A stretch of 64,000 nucleotides of DNA, from positions 17,112,001 to 17,176,000 of the forward strand of contig NC_043000.1 of the NCBI RefSeq assembly GCF_006345805.1. Reading direction: 5' to 3'. Under the pieces are notes generated by a model, which made no database searches, was not told the DNA's origin, and saw only the letters and a list, made by a program, of their open reading frames with translations. Positions 1 through 11,911 of the stretch are shown here, piece after piece. The stretch is from Octopus sinensis. Its lineage: Eukaryota. A program made the translations under genes and the position numbers. Numbering within the stretch: the first letter of the stretch is position 1; every line of letters begins with the position of its first letter.

Positions 1-790
1 AGTCTTTGACATGAAATCACAGATGTTTTGAGAAATATTAATCTTTATAGAGTATACTAAGTTAGCTATTTTTCCGATAAAGTGTTGTAATTCTTGCAAC
101 AATAACAGGACTTTGAAGAGGAAAACCAAAATTGAACAAGGGCCATATCAAGAGAAGCGCTGAAGAAAGCTTTTTTGAGTCTTTGACATGAAATCACAGA
201 TGTTTTGAGAAATATTAATCTTTATAGAGTATACTAAGTTAGCTATTTTTCTGATAAAGTGTTGTAATTCTTGCAACAATAACAGGACTTTGAAGAGGAA
301 AACCAAAATTGAACAAGGGCCATATCAAGAGAAGCGCTGAAGAAAGCTTTTTTGAGTCTTTGACATGAAATCACAGATGTTTTGAGAAATATTAATCTTT
401 ATAGAGTATACTAAGTTAGCTATTTTCTGATAAAGGGTTGTAATTCTTGCAACAATAACAGGACTTTGAAGAGGAGAACCAAAATTGAACAAGGGCCATA
501 TCAAGAGAAGCGCTGAAGAAAGATTTTGAGTCTTTGACATGAAATCACAGATGTTTTGAGAAATATTAATCTTTATAGGGGATACTAAGTTTGTTATTTT
601 TCCGATAAAGGGTTGTAATTCTTGCAACAATAACAGGACTTTGAAGATGAGGACCAAAATCGAACAAGGGCCATATCAAGAGAAGCGCTGAAGAAAGATT
701 TTGAGTCTTTGACATGAAATCACAGATGTTTTGAGAAATATTAATCTTTATAGAGGATACTAAGTTAGCTATTTTTGTGATAAAGGGTTA
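1..790. repeat. Tandem satellite, ~4.5 copies of a 174-177 bp unit (array cut by window start)
   Basis: AGTCTTTGACATGAAATCACAG recurs at 1, 178, 355, 529 and 704. All six frames of the unit contain stops. Confidence 0.95.
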
Positions 791-930
791 CAATAATTTT
801 GCTCTATCCAGAAAAATAGATTGAGGCAATACCCCTTAGATATATTGTTTAAAAAAATGTAATTTAGAATTTTTTACTTTTACTGTTTAACATATGTCTA
901 TCCAAGGCATTTTCATAATTTTGTTCTGAA

Positions 931-1328
931 TCTCTTTTACTCTTTTACTTGATTTAGCCATTTGACTGTGGCCATGCTGGAGCACCGCCTTTAGTCAAGC
1001 AAATAGACCCCAGGACTTATTCTTTGTAAGCCTAGTACTTATTCTATCAGTCTCTTTTGCCAAATCGCTAAGTTAGGGCGACGTAAACACACCAGCATCG
1101 GTTGTCAAGCGATGTTGGGGGGATAAACACAGACACACAAACATATACACATGCAAACATACATAGATACATATATACGATGGGCTTCTTTCAGTTTCCG
1201 TCTGCCAAATCCACTCACAAGGCTTTGGTTGGCCCGAAGCCATAGTAGAAGACACTTGCCCAAGGTGCCACACAGTGGGACTGAACTCGGAACCATGTGG
1301 TTGGTAAACAAGCTACTCACCACACAAC
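931..1328 (-). mobile_element. tRNA-derived SINE, family A
   Basis: Reverse complement of the family A consensus: tRNA-like head, CTTGGGCAAGTGTCTTCT core, internal CA/TA repeat, (AAAAGAGT)n tail. Confidence 0.9.
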
Positions 1329-2294
1329 ATTTAGTAATCCTTTGTTTTATACGTTCTGAATGATATAAAGCTTTCTTTTCATAAATCCCAAGTCACTCAG
1401 AGGTTGGGAAATAAAAACAATTGGGAATGTGTATCATATGTGTGTGAGTGCCAATGAAACATGTTCTCTATATCACATCTGATATACAGGACTAGCAAAA
1501 GGTTAACAGAAAATCCTGATGATTATCCTGCAGAAGAAAAGAATCCTTTCCGATCCTAAATAGTTTCTTCTTTGCCTGCCACACTACTCTTTACTTTGTC
1601 TGCACAGTCTGCCAAACTCATGTAAGAAATTATGATTTTTCAATTGTTAATTTATAATTTTTGTTTATTTTCAAAAATTTTTTAATTATTTTTTTTTCCC
1701 CAAAAATCTAATTAATCATCCTTTCATTCTATAGATTATTTATATTATTTATCACATAACACTTTCCATGTTTACTTTTAATGTCTGTTAGCTTTCATAT
1801 CTTCAGGGGATATAGATATTTGAAATGAGATGTGGATTTTTTTCAATTATTTATTTTGTTTACCTTCATTCTTGTTATTATAATGGTGTCTTAATTTAAC
1901 TATTACTTCATTGTTTTTATTCTATATATTTATTTTTTCCCTGCTTATTTGTACTTTATTAATAATATTCAAAGGAATGCTTTGGGTGTATAGTTTCAGT
2001 GTTGGTTGAATGTTTTAGTAGTAATTGTCCCATATCCACATATTATTATTTATGTAGTAACTGATTTTTATAGTAGTGAATAAAGATCTGAAGCAAATTA
2101 AATTTGTAACCATAAGATCAACAGTACTTTTATTATATGAAGTCACTCTCCCTTCTTGGTGACCATCCATTTGCTCTCTGTACGGCTGTCCTATAGCATG
2201 AATCATTCATCCCCCACCCTAGTAATCTTGGAAAATAAGCTTCTGCAACCGAGTGAGACTCTATCTGGGTCAATGAAGGAGAACCTGCCTGGAC

Positions 2295-2369
<75 letters not shown>

Positions 2370-2445
2370 CGTGCGAGTGTGCATCCATGCATAGTGAAAT
2401 CAAAATCTGTTGACGAACTTTAATATCTCTCTTTTCACATTTTCT

Positions 2446-2470
2446 CTGAGGATGGACTCTCCGAAACGTT
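2446..2470 (+). ncRNA. Minimal hammerhead-like core (Penelope-type remnant)
   Basis: CTGAGGA-T-GGA(CTC)TCC-GAAA-CGTT. Stem I pairing is not evident. Confidence 0.4.
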
Positions 2471-2658
2471 TGTTTTCCCATTCCCCATGGAAAGTTCACA
2501 TGTTGGATTTTTACAAAATAATACAGTTTTGCTGCTGCAGATCAACTCCAGTCTCTCTGAAGTCTGTTTGATCATTTACACACACATACACACACACATA
2601 TAAAAACACACATGCACATACGTGTGTAAGTGTGTGTTTGTGAGTGTGGGTGTATAAT

Positions 2659-2873
2659 CGAAGAAGTGCTGAAAAGTTCTGGGCCTTGGTCAAAAGAAAA
2701 TACAGGAGGATTACTTAATTATGATTTTATCCAACATGTTCCCCTCCCAGATTCACACACTTATTGCAGCGGTCCTTCAGTTTTTCTAATCCCTGTAAAA
2801 GAACTCGGAAGGTTGGGCCTCCAGCCAGGCCTTTTGCAATGTCCTTAAAACCAGGAACATTTTAGAACCCTTT
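2659..2873. mobile_element. Degenerate mariner-type MITE
   Basis: Imperfect TIRs CGAAGAAGTGCTGAAAAGTTCTGGG and CCAGGAACATTTTAGAACCCTT. Confidence 0.5.
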
Positions 2874-2894
2874 ATATGTATGTATGTATATGCA

Positions 2895-3305
2895 GAGTGG
2901 CTGTGTGGTAAGTAGCTTGCTAACCAACCACATGGTTCCAGGTTCAGTCCCACTGTGTGGCATCTTGGGCAAGTGTCTTCTGCTATAGCCCCGGGCCGAC
3001 CAATGCCTTGTGAGTGGATTTGGTAGACGGAAACTGAAAGAAGCCTGTCGTATATATGTATATATATATATATATGTATGTGTGTGTATGTGTTTGTGTG
3101 TCTGTGTTTGTCCCCCTAGCATTGCTTGACAACCGATGCTGGTGTGTTTACGTCCCCGTCACTTAGCGGTTCGGCAAAAAGAGACCGATAGAATAAGTAC
3201 TGGGCTTACAAAGAATAAGTCCCGGGGTCGATTTGCTCGACTAAAGGCGGTGCTCCAGCATGGCCGCAGTCAAATGACTGAAACAAGTAAAAGAGTAAAA
3301 GAGTA
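2895..3305 (+). mobile_element. SINE family A, near full length
   Basis: GAGTGGCTGTGTGGTAAGTAGC head with GGTTCAGTCCC B-box-like motif, internal TA/TG repeat, AAGAGTAAAAGAGTA tail. Confidence 0.92.
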
Positions 3306-3744
3306 CATATACATACATATATGTACGTACCTACATCTATGTGCATATATATACATGCATATATGGGTACAGGACACCAAAAAAACTTCGAACACAATGA
3401 GAAACGAAATCATAAACACAAAACCAAGGAAATGGAAATTTTTCTTAACGAAAAGAATGAGTACAAGACATACAACACAAGGAACATTCCCTTTCTTCAG
3501 CCACCTCTGTTTCATCTACTCCGCGTTTCGAAGGTATATATATATATATATATAATTTTCATCAAGTATATATATACCCCCCACACACACACACACGCAT
3601 ATTTATGCATACGCATGCACGCACACACACGCACGTATCCACAAGCACACATTCACACACGATAGCCATCTTTCCTTCTGTCCAGCATTCACCATGATAG
3701 ATCGCTAGCTACTATACATTCTTTATTTTCTCTCCTTGTTTCTT

Positions 3745-3873
3745 TCTGTGTCCCTTTCTGTAGAAGAGCGTAGGCTCGAAACGTTAAAGTCTTTTTCACT
3801 TTCCGAGCGTTATACTAATGCATCTGTTTGTTGTCTACACTACCTGTCTTCGTCTTTTTTTGTGAATTCTCCC
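3745..3873 (+). mobile_element. Penelope-like non-autonomous repeat with variant HHR core
   Basis: CTGTAGA-A-GAGC(GTAG)GCTC-GAAA-CGTT-AAAG at 3758-3788. Homologs at 6905-7045 and 45190-45310. Confidence 0.6.
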
Positions 3874-3874
3874 T

Positions 3875-3946
<72 letters not shown>

Positions 3947-3958
3947 ATATATACACAC

Positions 3959-4005
<47 letters not shown>

Positions 4006-4008
4006 ATA

Positions 4009-4049
<41 letters not shown>

Positions 4050-4126
4050 TATATATATTATATATATATATATGTATACATACATACATACATACATACA
4101 TACATACATACATACATACATACATA
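3875..4126. repeat. Compound (CA)/(TA)/(TG)/(TACA) microsatellite
   Basis: Directly visible. Confidence 0.95.
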
Positions 4127-4339
4127 GTTTAATGTCATAAGAATTCAGAAATTTCGATAGATGTAAAATAATTCTTTTTCAGAACAATGGAACTTTAACA
4201 GGTCCGTTTTCGTTCTTAGTCCACGTTTGTTATTTAGTTCTATCGACTTCGATTTTCAGCGTTTCAAAAACAGAATAATTTCACGTCTCTCGCAATTTCA
4301 AAATTCTTATGACACCAACAATATACATTTCACGCTGGT

Positions 4340-4727
4340 GGAGGCGCAATGGCCCAGTGGTTAGGGCAGCGGACTCGCGGTCGTAGGATCGCGGTTTCGA
4401 TTCCCAGACCGGGCGTTGTGAGTGTTTATTGAGCGAAAACACCCAAAAGCTCCGCGAGGCTCCGGCAGGGAATGGTGGCGATCCCTGCTGTACTCTTTCA
4501 CCACAACTTTCTCTCACTCTTACTTCCTGTTTCTGTTGTACCTGTATTTCAAAGGGCCGGCCTTGTCACTCTCTGTGTCACGCTGAATATCCCCGAGAAC
4601 TGCGTTAAGGGTACACGTGTCTGTGGAGTGCTCAGCCACTTACACGTTAATTTCACGAGCAGGCTGTTCCGTTGATTCGGATCAACCGGAACCCTCGTCG
4701 TCGTAACCGACGGAGTGCTTCCATCCA
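4340..4727 (+). mobile_element. tRNA-derived SINE, family B, full length
   Basis: GGAGGCGCAATGGCCCAGTGGTTAGG...TTCGATTCCC head. 15-bp TSD ACATTTCA(C/T)GCTGGT at 4325-4339 and 4728-4742. Confidence 0.95.
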
Positions 4728-5122
4728 ACATTTCATGCTGGTAAGAATAAAGTCTTTAGAATAGCTGAATTCGAAGAATTGTTTGTTCCAATAGTAAAAG
4801 GTCAGTCACGTTTACTGAAGATGTGTGTTAGTGGTTCCATGGGGCGCTTCCGATCCTTTCTAACCAAACGGATGGCAATTTCGGATGGCAATTTCGTTCG
4901 TCTTTATGTTCTGAGCTCAAATTCCACCGGGATCCGATATTTATACATGGCTACAGTCAAATGACTGAAATAATTAAGTCATTTGAAAGTATATAGCTTT
5001 TAAGCAACTGACTCTGAATGGGAAGATCTGCAAACAGATCTCTGACTTGTTTTGGAAAATTTGTTGCAATTGCTTCCTCCAGAGTCATATCCCAATGATG
5101 ATAATATTCGTCTCAAACAATC

Positions 5123-5215
5123 ATGTGGCACCTTTGGCACTTGTCTTCTACTATGGCCTCGGGCCGACCCAAACCATGGAAGTAGATTTGGTAGACAGAA
5201 ACTGAAAGAAGCCCC

Positions 5216-5310
<95 letters not shown>

Positions 5311-5413
5311 ATATATACATACATATATATATATACATACATACACACACACACACACATACATACATATATATATATATATGAATTTGGTAGACAGAAA
5401 CTGAAAGAAGCCC
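5123..5413 (+). mobile_element. SINE A 5' fragment with (TA)n and a local duplication of ATTTGGTAGACAGAAACTGAAAGAAGCCC
   Basis: Matches the family A head/core region. Confidence 0.75.
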
Positions 5414-5414
5414 T

Positions 5415-5468
5415 AACAAAAACTGTCTGATGAACGGCAACGAGAAACTCAGAGTAACGGATTTTGTT
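5415..5468 (+). ncRNA. Type I hammerhead ribozyme candidate (Penelope-like terminus)
   Basis: Stem I AACAAAAACTGT/ACGGATTTTGTT (11 of 12 pairs); CTGATGA 5427-5433; stem II CG-GCAA-CG; GAAA 5444-5447; stem III CTC-A-GAG; cleavage triplet GTA, cut predicted after 5456. Confidence 0.75.
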
Positions 5469-5499
5469 GAATTTTCTGCTGCTTTAAATAAAGTATATA

Positions 5500-5983
5500 T
5501 CTTTATATATAAAACTGTAGTTGTGTGAGTGTCTGTCCCCTTCGATTTAGATTCCTAACTACTCCCACATTTTGCGGTGCAGTTTAACCAAAACCGGGTA
5601 TCTTATAGTCGTGATTCATATCGAGCCCTTCTGGATATTAGCGCGCGTCTACGATGAGTCTACGATTTTAAAAATAATTTACCATAATTTTTTTCCATTT
5701 TAATGCATATTTTTTTAAAGGGACGTAACTCTCTAAAAATGTCTACGATGAGTCAACGATTTAAAAAAATTACCATAATTTTTTTCCATTTTTAATGCAT
5801 TTTTTTTAAAGGGAAGTAACTCTCTAAAAATGTCTACGATGAGTCAACGATTTAAAAAAATATTTACGATGATTTCTTTTCCATTTTTAATGCATTTTTT
5901 GCTATTTTTTGGCTATAACTCTCTAAAAATGCTGTATAGTTATTTCCCTTACAAATCCGAGCAACGCCGGGCGATACTGCTAG
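5500..5983 (+). mobile_element. Non-autonomous Helitron
   Basis: 5' TCTTTATATATAAAAC; 3' CCGAGCAACGCCGGGCGATACTG-CTAG; inserted between A and T with no TSD; internal ~80-bp tandem repeats. Confidence 0.9.
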
Positions 5984-6096
5984 TCATTTATAAACAACTG
6001 CTTCTCATTTGAAACCATCCGCCATTTATAACCTACCTGTTATCTGTTAAAGCTACACTCAAAATAAACTTCTTGTTATTCTATTTATTTATTTAT

Positions 6097-6385
6097 TCAT
6101 TTATTTATCATTTTGTCTGCAGATTGCCAACTCACGCTTCCGTTTGTCGTCATGGTAATTCTATTGAAGCTGTTCATATTGTCATCATCACCGTTATCAT
6201 TATCATTGTCGTTAACCACCATCATAGTCATCACCGGCCGTAATTTTCCCGCCGCTCCTTCTCTTTTCTTCCTTCTCCTCAATATTATCATTATAATTGT
6301 CGACACCACCATCAGTAGCATTATCACCTTACACATCGTCATCGTCGTCATCGTCGTCATCATCATCATCGGCATCATTTTCATG
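6097..6385. repeat. (CAT)/(ATT)-rich low-complexity region
   Basis: Directly visible. Confidence 0.8.
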
Positions 6386-6496
6386 AATATAGCGCTTTAG
6401 TGATTCATTTTCAAGGAGCGTTACTTTTAATGGCGAGCCAGTATTTATATATGATTATTCAGTTAGCTTTCAAACACACACATACACGCACGCACA

Positions 6497-6528
<32 letters not shown>

Positions 6529-6529
6529 T

Positions 6530-6578
<49 letters not shown>

Positions 6579-6663
6579 ATATATATATATATATACACAC
6601 ACACATACACAACACACGTTTATGAATTTGTGCTAAAACGGATATTGTTTTATTTCGGGATGG

Positions 6664-7210
6664 TAGTGGCGGACTGGCCAGGTTTCCAGCTTGCCCGATG
6701 GCAAGAGGGGCCCCTGCGCCATAAGAATCTATATATGGGTGCCCATGTTAGTATCTAAGGAGCGCATACCCTCAAGTTTCAGAATTTTTTATTCACTCCT
6801 GGAAGAATGCATTAATTATTTCAGCCTGGCTGCGTTTGTAGACAGTTGAAAAGAATTCTTTTAACAAAAATAAAAACTAAATTATAGTATTGTAGTTATG
6901 TTTTTTTCAGTGTCCCTTTCTGTAGAAGAGCGTAGGCTCGAAACGTAAAAGACTTTTTCTATTCCCGAGCGTTATACTAATACATCTGTTTGTTTTGTAC
7001 ACCACCTGTCTTCGTCTTTTTTTTTTTTTCGTGAACTCTCCCTACACACACACACACACACACACATACACGACGAACGGGGACTCAGTTTTTGTGACAA
7101 TTTTGTAGTTTTAATAAAAGTACATATATATATATATGCGCTGTAAATATATATGGATGGGCCCCTTTAGTATCCTGGCAACCAATATTTTTAGACCCAG
7201 TCCGCCACTA
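6664..7210. mobile_element. hAT-like MITE containing a nested Penelope-like fragment (6905-7045)
   Basis: TIRs TAGTGGCGGACTGG and CCAGTCCGCCACTA. No matching TSD seen. Confidence 0.7.
6905..7045 (+). mobile_element. Penelope-like repeat with variant HHR core (second copy)
   Basis: CTGTAGAAGAGCGTAGGCTCGAAACGTAAAAG beginning at 6920. Confidence 0.6.
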
Positions 7211-7233
7211 TGTATGTCTCAAGTATCACGTAC

Positions 7234-7273
<40 letters not shown>

Positions 7274-7282
7274 GTGTCATGT

Positions 7283-7630
7283 GGAAGCACTCCGTCGGTT
7301 ACGACGACGAGGGTTCCGGTTGATCCGATCAACGGAACAGCCTGCTCGTGAAATTAACGTGTAAGTGGCTGAGCACTCCACAGACACGTGCACCCTTAAC
7401 GTAGTTCTCGGGGATATTCAGCGTGACACAGAGAGTGACAAGGCCGGCCCTTTGAAATACAGGTACAACAGAAACAGGAAGTAAGAGTGAGAGAAGGTTG
7501 TGGTGAAAGAGTACAGCAGGGACCACCACCATCCCTGCCGGAGCCTCGTGGAGCTTTAGGTCTGGGAATCGAAACCGCGATCCTACAACCGCGAGTCCGC
7601 TGCCCTAACCACTGGGCCATTGCGCCTCCT
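7283..7630 (-). mobile_element. SINE B with internal deletion
   Basis: 11-bp TSD AAGTGTCATGT at 7272-7282 and 7632-7642. Confidence 0.93.
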
Positions 7631-7819
7631 CAAGTGTCATGTATGAAATAGTTTAACATTGAACTGAAAGATTACTCAATATTTTTTCGTAGAATACATA
7701 TTTACATTAGCTTTTATAAGGAAAACGGTGTTCTCTGACTTTGAACTTCCGGTTTGCTCGCCGTCATATACACAAAACACGGGTATATATATATACATAT
7801 ATAATATATATATATATGT

Positions 7820-7877
<58 letters not shown>

Positions 7878-7879
<2 letters not shown>

Positions 7880-8252
7880 TCTTTTACTCTTTTACTTGTT
7901 TCAGTCATTTGACTGCGGCCATGCTGGAGCACCGCCTTTAGTCGAGCAAATCGACCCCGGGACTTATTCTTTGTAAGCCCAGTACTTATTCTATCGGTCT
8001 CTTTTTGCCGAACCGCTAAGTGACGGGGACGTAAACACACTAGCATCGGTTGTCAAGCAATGCTAGGGGGACAAACACAGACACACAAATACACTCACAC
8101 ATACATATATATATACATATATACGACAAGCTTCTTTCAGTTTCCGTCTACCAAATCCACTCACAAGGCTTTGGTCGGCCAGGGCTATAGCAGAAGACAC
8201 TTGCCCAAGATGCCATGCAGTGGGACTGAACCCGGAACCGTGTGGTTGGTTA
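7878..8252 (-). mobile_element. SINE A with truncated head, abutting a plus-strand SINE B 3' fragment (~8260-8330)
   Basis: Matches family A and B consensus pieces. Confidence 0.88.
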
Positions 8253-8541
8253 GAAAGAGACACGAGCAGGCTGTTCCGTTGATCGGATCAACCGGAACCC
8301 GCATCGTCGTAACCGGCGGAGTGCTTCCATCCATTGCCATACATCTTTCACTTTAAAACAAAAGTAACAGGTGATTTTCAAGATAAAAATTGTTTTCAAA
8401 AAATCTTCTACTCATGTACATTGATTACTATTGTTTGGATAGTTCCAATTAAATAAATCCAGAAGTTAGGTTAAATATATATACACGCATAAGTACCAGA
8501 AATTCCCATTCTACAAATTAGCAAACAATTCTGGTAAATGT

Positions 8542-8907
8542 GGAAGCACTCCGTCGGTTACGACGACGAGGGTTCCGGAACAGCCTGCTCGTGATATTAA
8601 CGTGCAAGTGGCTGAGCACTCCACAGACACGTGTACCCTTAACGTAGATCTCGGGGATATTCAGCGTGACACAGAGAGTGACAAGGCCGGCCCTTTGAAA
8701 TACAGGTACAACAGAAACAGGAAGTAAGAGTGAGAGAAAGTTGTGGTGAAAGAGTACAGCAGGGACCACCACCATCCCCTGCCGGAGCCTCGTGGAGCTT
8801 TTAGGTGTTTTCGCTCAATAAACACTCACAACGCCCGGTCTGGGAATCGAAACCGCGATCCTATGACCGCGAGTCCGTTGCCCTAACCACTGGGCCATTG
8901 CGCCTCT
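8542..8907 (-). mobile_element. SINE B
   Basis: Near-identical to the other B copies, with a small deletion near the tail. Confidence 0.92.
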
Positions 8908-9146
8908 ACTGGACCATTGCGGTAAATACTTTACCGGGCAACGTTGAGTAGTAAGTGTAGTATACTCTACAAATCCAGTAGCGACGGAGAACTGGAGCTA
9001 CGAATTTGGATACTGTTTTGCCCTTTCGTACATGTCGACATGCTTGCGCAGGGTGATCAGCTTTTTACCAGTCATGCATATTCCCAATCGTTACAATCCT
9101 CTATCATCTCCTTCATGGGATGTATAATAATATCTTGAGATCAGTC

Positions 9147-9562
9147 GGGGATCTTTTCGGTTTGAACGGCAGTTTTTTCTAGCGGTGTCATATGAAATTG
9201 TCACCCATAATTATGACCCTAGTATCGATTTATTGTATTTCAATCTGTTTTAGGATTAGGGTTAGGGGTGTGGGAAGGGTTTTTTTCTTCAGAAATGTAA
9301 ATAAACCCAATCTGTTTCTTAAACGAGGGACATATTCATACGGCACAGAATGTTTTCACCTCAATAGACGTCATTGATTGGTTGAAATTGCAGAAATTGA
9401 AGAAAAAAAACAACAAATATAATATTAAGTATAGAATTTTCTCAATAATGCCAAGAGAAAAAGATGTTTTATAGACACATTCTACCAGTATACGAAGTTT
9501 AAAAGTATTTAGTTACGTGGAAATTATTTTTAAAAACTGCCGTTTAAACAGAAAAGATCCCC
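9147..9562. mobile_element. Non-autonomous DNA transposon with ~30-bp TIRs and an internal TTAGGG-like tract
   Basis: TIRs GGGGATCTTTTCGGTTTGAACGGCAGTTTT and AAAACTGCCGTTTAAACAGAAAAGATCCCC; flanking AGTC on both sides; second copy at 43108-43525. Confidence 0.85.
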
Positions 9563-10146
9563 AGTCTGTACGACTTCGCCCCCATCTTCCTCGATTTACC
9601 TCTCGTACAATTTCCATTAAATTTGAGCGTGCAGTATTTCTCTATATACACCGTATGAACATTTGTTAGAGTGCTACCAATGTCGTCCTCCCATAACAGA
9701 ATAATATTATAGTTAAAATATGCCTCCCACTATATTTCATAGTTAAGATTGTTCAAGCATTTGCTATAGGCATTATTCTTTCAACATATTTTCAATAATA
9801 TTAAATCACAAATAGAAAATCAAAAGAAAGTGAATGAGTATTTTCTAACGTACAGCTGGCATGTAGCTCTTTCTAGCGCGTGTTCACGTTTCGGTGTCAA
9901 GACACAATAGATGACAATAGATAACAAGACACAATAGAGAGCAACTCTCAAGGGAGAAGAGAAGACAAACGTCTAACAAAGTATATAATTTTCGAAGATG
10001 TTCTCTCCAAAGAATGCACATTCAGTGATACTTGATTTCACGCTACCTCAAGAATGAAACGCTTCAGAAAAATGCAATTTCAAAAGAAATTATGTATTTT
10101 ATGGCTTTCTGGAAACTTCGAGCAAGCTTATAGTTTCCAAAATAGC

Positions 10147-10500
<354 letters not shown>

Positions 10501-10859
10501 TCTTTCTGTCTGTCTGTCTGTCTATATATATATATGCATGTTTACATATTGTCAGTAGGTTGGAAAGTAAGAAAATGATTTTAGGGTATGTAAGCAGTCG
10601 TTTTTCATATCTCACGGGAGACCTCTTTGAAAATTTCAAGGAAGAAGTTGAAACTATCTCATTCTTTTTATTTAAAACTGAGGAATTATGTTGCAGGACT
10701 TTGATCCATATGTAGATACCTGTGAGTTATCTAACACTGCTCATGAGATGCTCGTGATCTGTCGTTAGTCTTTTGATTCCCAATATGCTTTGAAACAGTA
10801 GTTTGAAGGCACATTTAAGAAACATGAGACGTATTATATGATGTAGTATATTTATATAA

Positions 10860-11244
10860 GTGGAGGCGCAATGGCCCAGTGGTTAGGGCAGCGGACTCGC
10901 GGTCATAGGATCGCGGTTTCGATTCCCAGACCGGGCGTTGTGAGTGTTTATTGAGCGAAAACACCTAAAGTTCCACGAGGCTCCGACAGGGGATGGTGGT
11001 GATCCCTGCTGTACTCTTTCACCACAACTTTCTCTCACTCTTCCTGTGTCTGTTGTACCTGTATTTCAAAGGGCCGGCCTTGTCACTGTCTGTGTCACAC
11101 TGAATATGCCCGAGAACTACGTTAAGGGTGCACGTGTCTGTGGAGTGCTCAGCCACTTACACGTTAATTTCACGAGCAGGCTGTTCCGTTGATTCGGATC
11201 AACCGGAACCCTCGTCGTCGTAACCGACGGAGTGCTTCCATTCC
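10860..11244 (+). mobile_element. SINE B
   Basis: Full head and tail; TSD approximately ATATTTATATA. Confidence 0.93.
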
Positions 11245-11560
11245 ATATTTATATAGTTTATGTCGTTCACGTGAAGACAGTCTGGTCAACGGGTGCTGTG
11301 AAAAATGTCTGCATGTTTGATGTTCGTTAGATTCTATCTTTACATGGAACTTTCTGCCATATTTACTACTTAAAACTCTTAAAAATCTTTGTAGATTTTC
11401 GGTGCAGTAAAATGTACTAGCTAACAATAATGCCGTAAATACTTTTGTGTGTCTTGATGCTTTTCGTATCAAATGTTATTTTCATCTCATACATGCGATT
11501 GTTGATTTAACTAAAACATGTTAAGGTATGCGAAAACCAGTTTGCATATGTATACGTGTC

Positions 11561-11720
11561 AGGTGTAGTTGTGTGGTAAGAAGCTTGCTCCTCGATCACA
11601 TGGTTCCGGGTTCAGTCCCACTGCGTGGCACTTTGGGCAAGTGTCTTCTGCTGTAGCCTGGAGCCGACCAAAGCCTTGTGACTGGATTTGGTAGATGGAA
11701 ACTGAAAGAAACCCGTTGGG

Positions 11721-11751
<31 letters not shown>

Positions 11752-11911
11752 CCGGAGTAAACACATAAATGTGAAACAAGGTGGAAAAAAAGAGTACTCA
11801 AATACCAGTGGTAGAGTAATATGCTTTATTTAAAGCAGCAGAAAATTCAACAAAATCTGTTACTCTGAGTTTCTCGTTGCCGTTCATCAATTTTCTGCTG
11901 CTTTAAATAAA

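Noticed and set aside
325-657. 110-aa repetitive ORF in the satellite
   Set aside because: Other units have stops in all frames and unit lengths are not consistently multiples of three.
4340-4415. tRNA-like sequences at SINE heads
   Set aside because: They continue into SINE bodies and lack a complete acceptor stem, so they are not tRNA genes.
4472-4675. Recurrent 67-aa ORF (MVVIPAVLFHHNFLSLLLPVSVV...) found many times
   Set aside because: Lies wholly inside SINE B; recurrence reflects SINE copy number, and there is no domain similarity I recognise.
11240-11472. ORF with a signal-peptide-like stretch and a GRK site (KVFTALLLASTFYC...SKYGRK)
   Set aside because: TTG start, no splice or homology support, runs into SINE B, and its length is compatible with chance.
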